Shown here: positions 60,928 to 64,000 of the stretch, one piece after another
Numbering within the stretch: position 1 is the first letter of the stretch
Layout of the letters: the number at the start of each line of letters is the position of its first letter
Assembly (NCBI GenBank): GCA_945902735.1
Contig: CAMDNF010000002.1
Coordinates: 1,400 to 65,399, forward strand
Reading direction: 5' to 3'
Origin: Rhizobium sp. Q54
GTDB lineage: Bacteria > Pseudomonadota > Alphaproteobacteria > UBA828
DNA: 64,000 bases
Position numbers and translations under genes: made by a program
The notes under the pieces: model-generated
Told to the model about the DNA's origin: nothing
What the model saw: the letters and a program-made list of their open reading frames with translations, nothing else
The model's database searches: none

Positions 60928-61440
60928 CTAAACGAACAAAGACGGGTTGATTTTGAGGCCCCGGTCGCGGCAATAGCTCGTGTAGTGGTTGATCATCCAG
61001 AAGACGTCGAGCACGAGCGTGAGGTTATCGGCCTCGTCGAAGAATTCGAGCGCGCCCTGAATGCGGAAATAGGTCTTCATGCCGGGCTCGGCCACGAGTG
61101 TGTGGATCACGCCCGGGCTCTCATGAATGAAGCTGCCGGGCCGTGCCACCCAATCATATTCCAAATAGCGCCAACTGCCCTCGAGCACAAGCCCATCGAC
61201 CGGCCCCCGGTGGCGATGACGGCCGATCATGCCGCCGTCCGGCACATAGGTGATGTTGGTGAAGGCGTTGTTGCGCACGTCGAAACTGAGGTGGCGCACA
61301 AAGACGCCGGGAAAAATCGGCATCATCAGGCCATCATTGCCATCAGGCGCGATGTGCACGTCGGGCTGGCCATAGGCCTGGGTGATGCGCGCGATCTCGT
61401 CGCCGCCGAATGCCGCCGAGGGTTCCGGTGTGGTTGTCAT
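60928..61440 (-). CDS. Cupin-domain protein (2,4'-dihydroxyacetophenone dioxygenase-like)
   Basis: Cupin His cluster …[18 protein letters not shown]…; ATG at 61440 overlaps the gshB stop (ATGA). Confidence 0.65.
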   Translation of the reverse strand: MTTTPEPSAAFGGDEIARITQAYGQPDVHIAPDGNDGLMMPIFPGVFVRHLSFDVRNNAFTNITYVPDGGMIGRHRHRGPVDGLVLEGSWRYLEYDWVARPGSFIHESPGVIHTLVAEPGMKTYFRIQGALEFFDEADNLTLVLDVFWMINHYTSYCRDRGLKINPSLFV

Positions 61441-62408
61441 GCGCGAATGCCGCCCGCGCGCTTTTGCGTCTTGCGCCGGTTTTCGATCGCGTCCCACACC
61501 TTGGCGGCGAGGTTGGTGCCATCGAAGCGCGAGATTTCCTGAAGGCCGGTCGGCGAGGTGACGTTGATCTCGGTTAGATAATCGCCGATCACGTCGATGC
61601 CGACGAAAACAAGCCCACGCGATTTCAGCGCCGGGCCGATCGCCGCGCAAATATCGTGGTCGCGCCGCGTCAGCTTGGCGGGCTCGGCCCTGGCGCCGAC
61701 ATGAAGATTGGCGCGCGCCTCGCCCGGCGGCGGCACGCGCATGACCGCGCCAACCGGCTCGCCATCGACCAGAATGATGCGCTTGTCACCCTGGCGCACC
61801 GCCGGCACATAACGCTGCACGATGATCGGTTCGCGCGAGCGGCTGGTGAACATTTCGATCAAGGCGTTCAGATTCTCATCATCGGGCATGATGTGAAACA
61901 CGCCGGCGCCACCATTGCCGAACAAGGGCTTGACCACAATGTCCTTGTGAACGCCGCGGAATTCATGGATCAGCGATGGATCAGCGGTGATCAAGGTCGG
62001 CGGCATCAGGTCGGAAAAATGGGTGACGTAGAGCTTCTCGGGCGCGTTCCTGACATGCACGGGATCGTTGATCACGAGCGTCGTGCGTTTGACGTGCTCC
62101 AACAAATGCGTTGCGGTGATATAGGCCATATCGAAAGGCGGGTCCTGACGCATCAGGATCACATCGAAGGTCTCGAGCTCGATCACGCGGGGCGCGCCGA
62201 GCGTGAAATGATCACCCTTCACGCGGCGCACTTCGAGCGGGTGAGCGCGGGCCACGACGCGGCCTTCCCGGAGCGCCAGCGCGCTTGGCAAATAGTGGTA
62301 CAGCAAATGGCCGCGCGCGGTTGCTTCAAGCGCCAGCGCGAAAGTCGAATCGCCGTCGATGTTGATGGAATCCATTGGGTCCATCTGAATGGCAATTGCG
62401 AGGCTCAT
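61437..62408 (-). CDS. gshB: Glutathione synthetase
   Basis: …[25 protein letters not shown]… N-domain and an ATP-grasp C-domain. Confidence 0.9.
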   Translation of the reverse strand: MSLAIAIQMDPMDSINIDGDSTFALALEATARGHLLYHYLPSALALREGRVVARAHPLEVRRVKGDHFTLGAPRVIELETFDVILMRQDPPFDMAYITATHLLEHVKRTTLVINDPVHVRNAPEKLYVTHFSDLMPPTLITADPSLIHEFRGVHKDIVVKPLFGNGGAGVFHIMPDDENLNALIEMFTSRSREPIIVQRYVPAVRQGDKRIILVDGEPVGAVMRVPPPGEARANLHVGARAEPAKLTRRDHDICAAIGPALKSRGLVFVGIDVIGDYLTEINVTSPTGLQEISRFDGTNLAAKVWDAIENRRKTQKRAGGIRA

Positions 62409-62409
62409 G

Positions 62410-63243
62410 TCAATTCAGGCTCCCCTTCAGGCGCTTCAAGAGCGCCGCAGCCTTTTCGGCTTCTTTGGTTTCCGGCGCGAGCGAGAGAAATTTTTCAAGC
62501 GCGGTCATCGCGTGACGAATATTGCCGACATGGGCTTCCACCATGCCGAGCTCGCGCCAGGTCTCGGGCGTGTCGGGCGCGATCATCGTCATGCGTTTCA
62601 AAATCGTCGCGGCGCGCGGCGGATCGTTGTTTTGTAGCGCGCGGGCTTTGAGGTTGTTCTGAAGGCGCAGCAGAATGTCTCGGTTGGTTATCGCGGCATA
62701 GTGCTTCGGCCCAAGCTCGGCCGCGGCACCCTGAAATTGCTTCAACAAATCGCGCAAATGACCGGCCTCGAGCGGTTGGCCTGCGTGGAACGGATCGATA
62801 ATCAGACGCCGCGCCTCGAAATCGAGCCTGACCAAAAAATGGCCGGGAAAGGCGAGACCGGCGATCGGCCAACCTTGCGCATTGGCGAGGTGAATATAGA
62901 GAATCCCGAGGCTCACCGGCAGGCCGACCCGGCGGTCGATCACGCGAATTAGATTGGCATTGTCCGGGTCGTCATAGGATTCGGTATCGCCGCCATAACC
63001 AAAGCGGCGATAGAGCACATCATTGATGCTTTGGGCGCGGGCATCAATGCGTTCCGCCTCGGTGCCGATCGATTCAGCGACCGCCTCGACCAACACCGCC
63101 AAATGAGCCCGATAGGGTGTGAGATCAACCGACGGTTTGTCGAGCGCGCCGAGGAGAAGCGCCGCTTCGGCGAGATCGATCGAATCGGCAGGCAATTTTC
63201 CAATTTCAGTGAGCGCGGCCTCGATGGCGGCGACACCCCTCAC
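62410..63243 (-). CDS. Transglutaminase-like/TPR protein (SirB1/UPF0162-family)
   Basis: N-terminal transglutaminase-like region (…[13 protein letters not shown]…GHFLVR…) plus C-terminal TPR-like helices. Confidence 0.6.
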   Translation of the reverse strand: MRGVAAIEAALTEIGKLPADSIDLAEAALLLGALDKPSVDLTPYRAHLAVLVEAVAESIGTEAERIDARAQSINDVLYRRFGYGGDTESYDDPDNANLIRVIDRRVGLPVSLGILYIHLANAQGWPIAGLAFPGHFLVRLDFEARRLIIDPFHAGQPLEAGHLRDLLKQFQGAAAELGPKHYAAITNRDILLRLQNNLKARALQNNDPPRAATILKRMTMIAPDTPETWRELGMVEAHVGNIRHAMTALEKFLSLAPETKEAEKAAALLKRLKGSLN

Positions 63244-63881
63244 GGTTTTTTTCCCCGCGATGGATCGTTCTTGGTGATGACGTGGCTAACCACTTCGACG
63301 ACGTTGGGCACCTCGCGGGCGATCGCGATCACGCGATCAATCTCTTTTTGATTTTGCGCGATGCCCATCAGGTAGATCGTGCCATTCACGGTCTCGACGC
63401 TGTAATTGACTGACTGCACGTCCTTCGCAAATAACATTTTGGTTTTGAGCTGCGTGGAAATCCAGGTGTCCTTGGCATAATCGACTACGCCGCCTTGATC
63501 GGTCACCTGAATTTCGTTGATCACCTCGCGCACGCCGGCGGCGCGCCAGGCGAGCTTGGTTGCGGTGATGCGATGTTCGGGTTTTTCGACCGAACCTTTC
63601 AACAACACACGGCCTTCGACCACGCTAAAGCTGATATCGTTGTAAAGGCCAAGACTCTCATCGAGGAATAGTTTGTTCAAGGTGGTCCGTATGGTCAGAT
63701 CATCGACTGCCTCGCCGACCGAACGTTCCTGCGCAACCACCGCGACACCGGTTGCCGCCGCGCCAACCGCAGCCACAACGCAGCCGCTGAGCGCCACCAC
63801 AAGGAGAAGCGGCACGGCCAGTCGCATGGCGACGACATTGAGCGGAAGATTTTGAAGGGCGGGCAATCGTCTATTGGTCAT
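63240..63881 (-). CDS. BON-domain (OsmY-like) periplasmic protein
   Basis: Signal sequence, two BON-like repeats (…VEGRVLLKGSV…, …TVNGTIYLMGIAQNQ…). ATG at 63881, with GGAG 8 nt upstream. Confidence 0.7.
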   Translation of the reverse strand: MTNRRLPALQNLPLNVVAMRLAVPLLLVVALSGCVVAAVGAAATGVAVVAQERSVGEAVDDLTIRTTLNKLFLDESLGLYNDISFSVVEGRVLLKGSVEKPEHRITATKLAWRAAGVREVINEIQVTDQGGVVDYAKDTWISTQLKTKMLFAKDVQSVNYSVETVNGTIYLMGIAQNQKEIDRVIAIAREVPNVVEVVSHVITKNDPSRGKKP

Positions 63882-64000
63882 AATTGGCTCCGTGTTGACG
63901 TTAGGGCCGCTCTGGGCGCCAGGCATCTTTGAGATGACGTGGCAGGCGCCACGGGCGAAGGACCATGACGTCGAATCGTGGCGAAACTTTGCTCCATTCG

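Noticed and set aside
1-64000. CRISPR arrays, rRNA/tRNA genes, IS elements/transposases, prophage genes
   Set aside because: Scanned intergenic gaps and repeat structures. No regularly spaced direct repeats, no tRNA-like cloverleaf candidates in the gaps, and no transposase or integrase-like ORFs were found.

Overview
This is a high-GC (~65%) alphaproteobacterial chromosomal segment, almost fully coding, and its gene order is that of an origin-proximal region. It carries parB-parA-rsmG-mnmG-mnmE, with a parS site, and rho-hemJ-hemH-hemE. After hemE comes an AT-rich ~400-bp gap with DnaA boxes, a candidate oriC, and then a DUF299 (PSRP) gene, maf, aroE, coaE, dnaQ and secB. The window also holds leuS-lptE-holA, hslVU, and a his cluster (hisB-DUF2628-hisH-GNAT-hisA-hisF-TPR-hisE-HIT). 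There is a lutA-lutB-lutB'-lutC operon with a duplicated lutB, plus assorted housekeeping and stress genes. The accessory content that stands out is fourfold. (1) A dedicated PAPS-dependent sulfation locus on the minus strand: two tandem StaL/Teg-like sulfotransferases co-oriented with cysD and cysN/C (NodPQ-like), with a TPR-sulfotransferase fusion and a porin nearby. (2) A ~0.6-kb AT-rich (~40% GC) islet between the amidase and a GNAT gene that encodes a single 188-aa orphan protein with a poly-acidic N-terminus; it looks horizontally acquired and is a candidate single-gene toxin/defence/nuclease-like factor. (3) A family of mosaic palindromic (REP/RIME-like) elements with compensatory stem substitutions. 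One pair flanks qor, one forms an inverted pair downstream of the SOUL gene, and one sits upstream of the sulfotransferase operon. (4) A duplicated hslU 3'-end/REP segment flanks the SOUL heme-binding gene, which suggests that gene was inserted. No CRISPR arrays, rRNA genes, tRNA genes or obvious transposases were seen.
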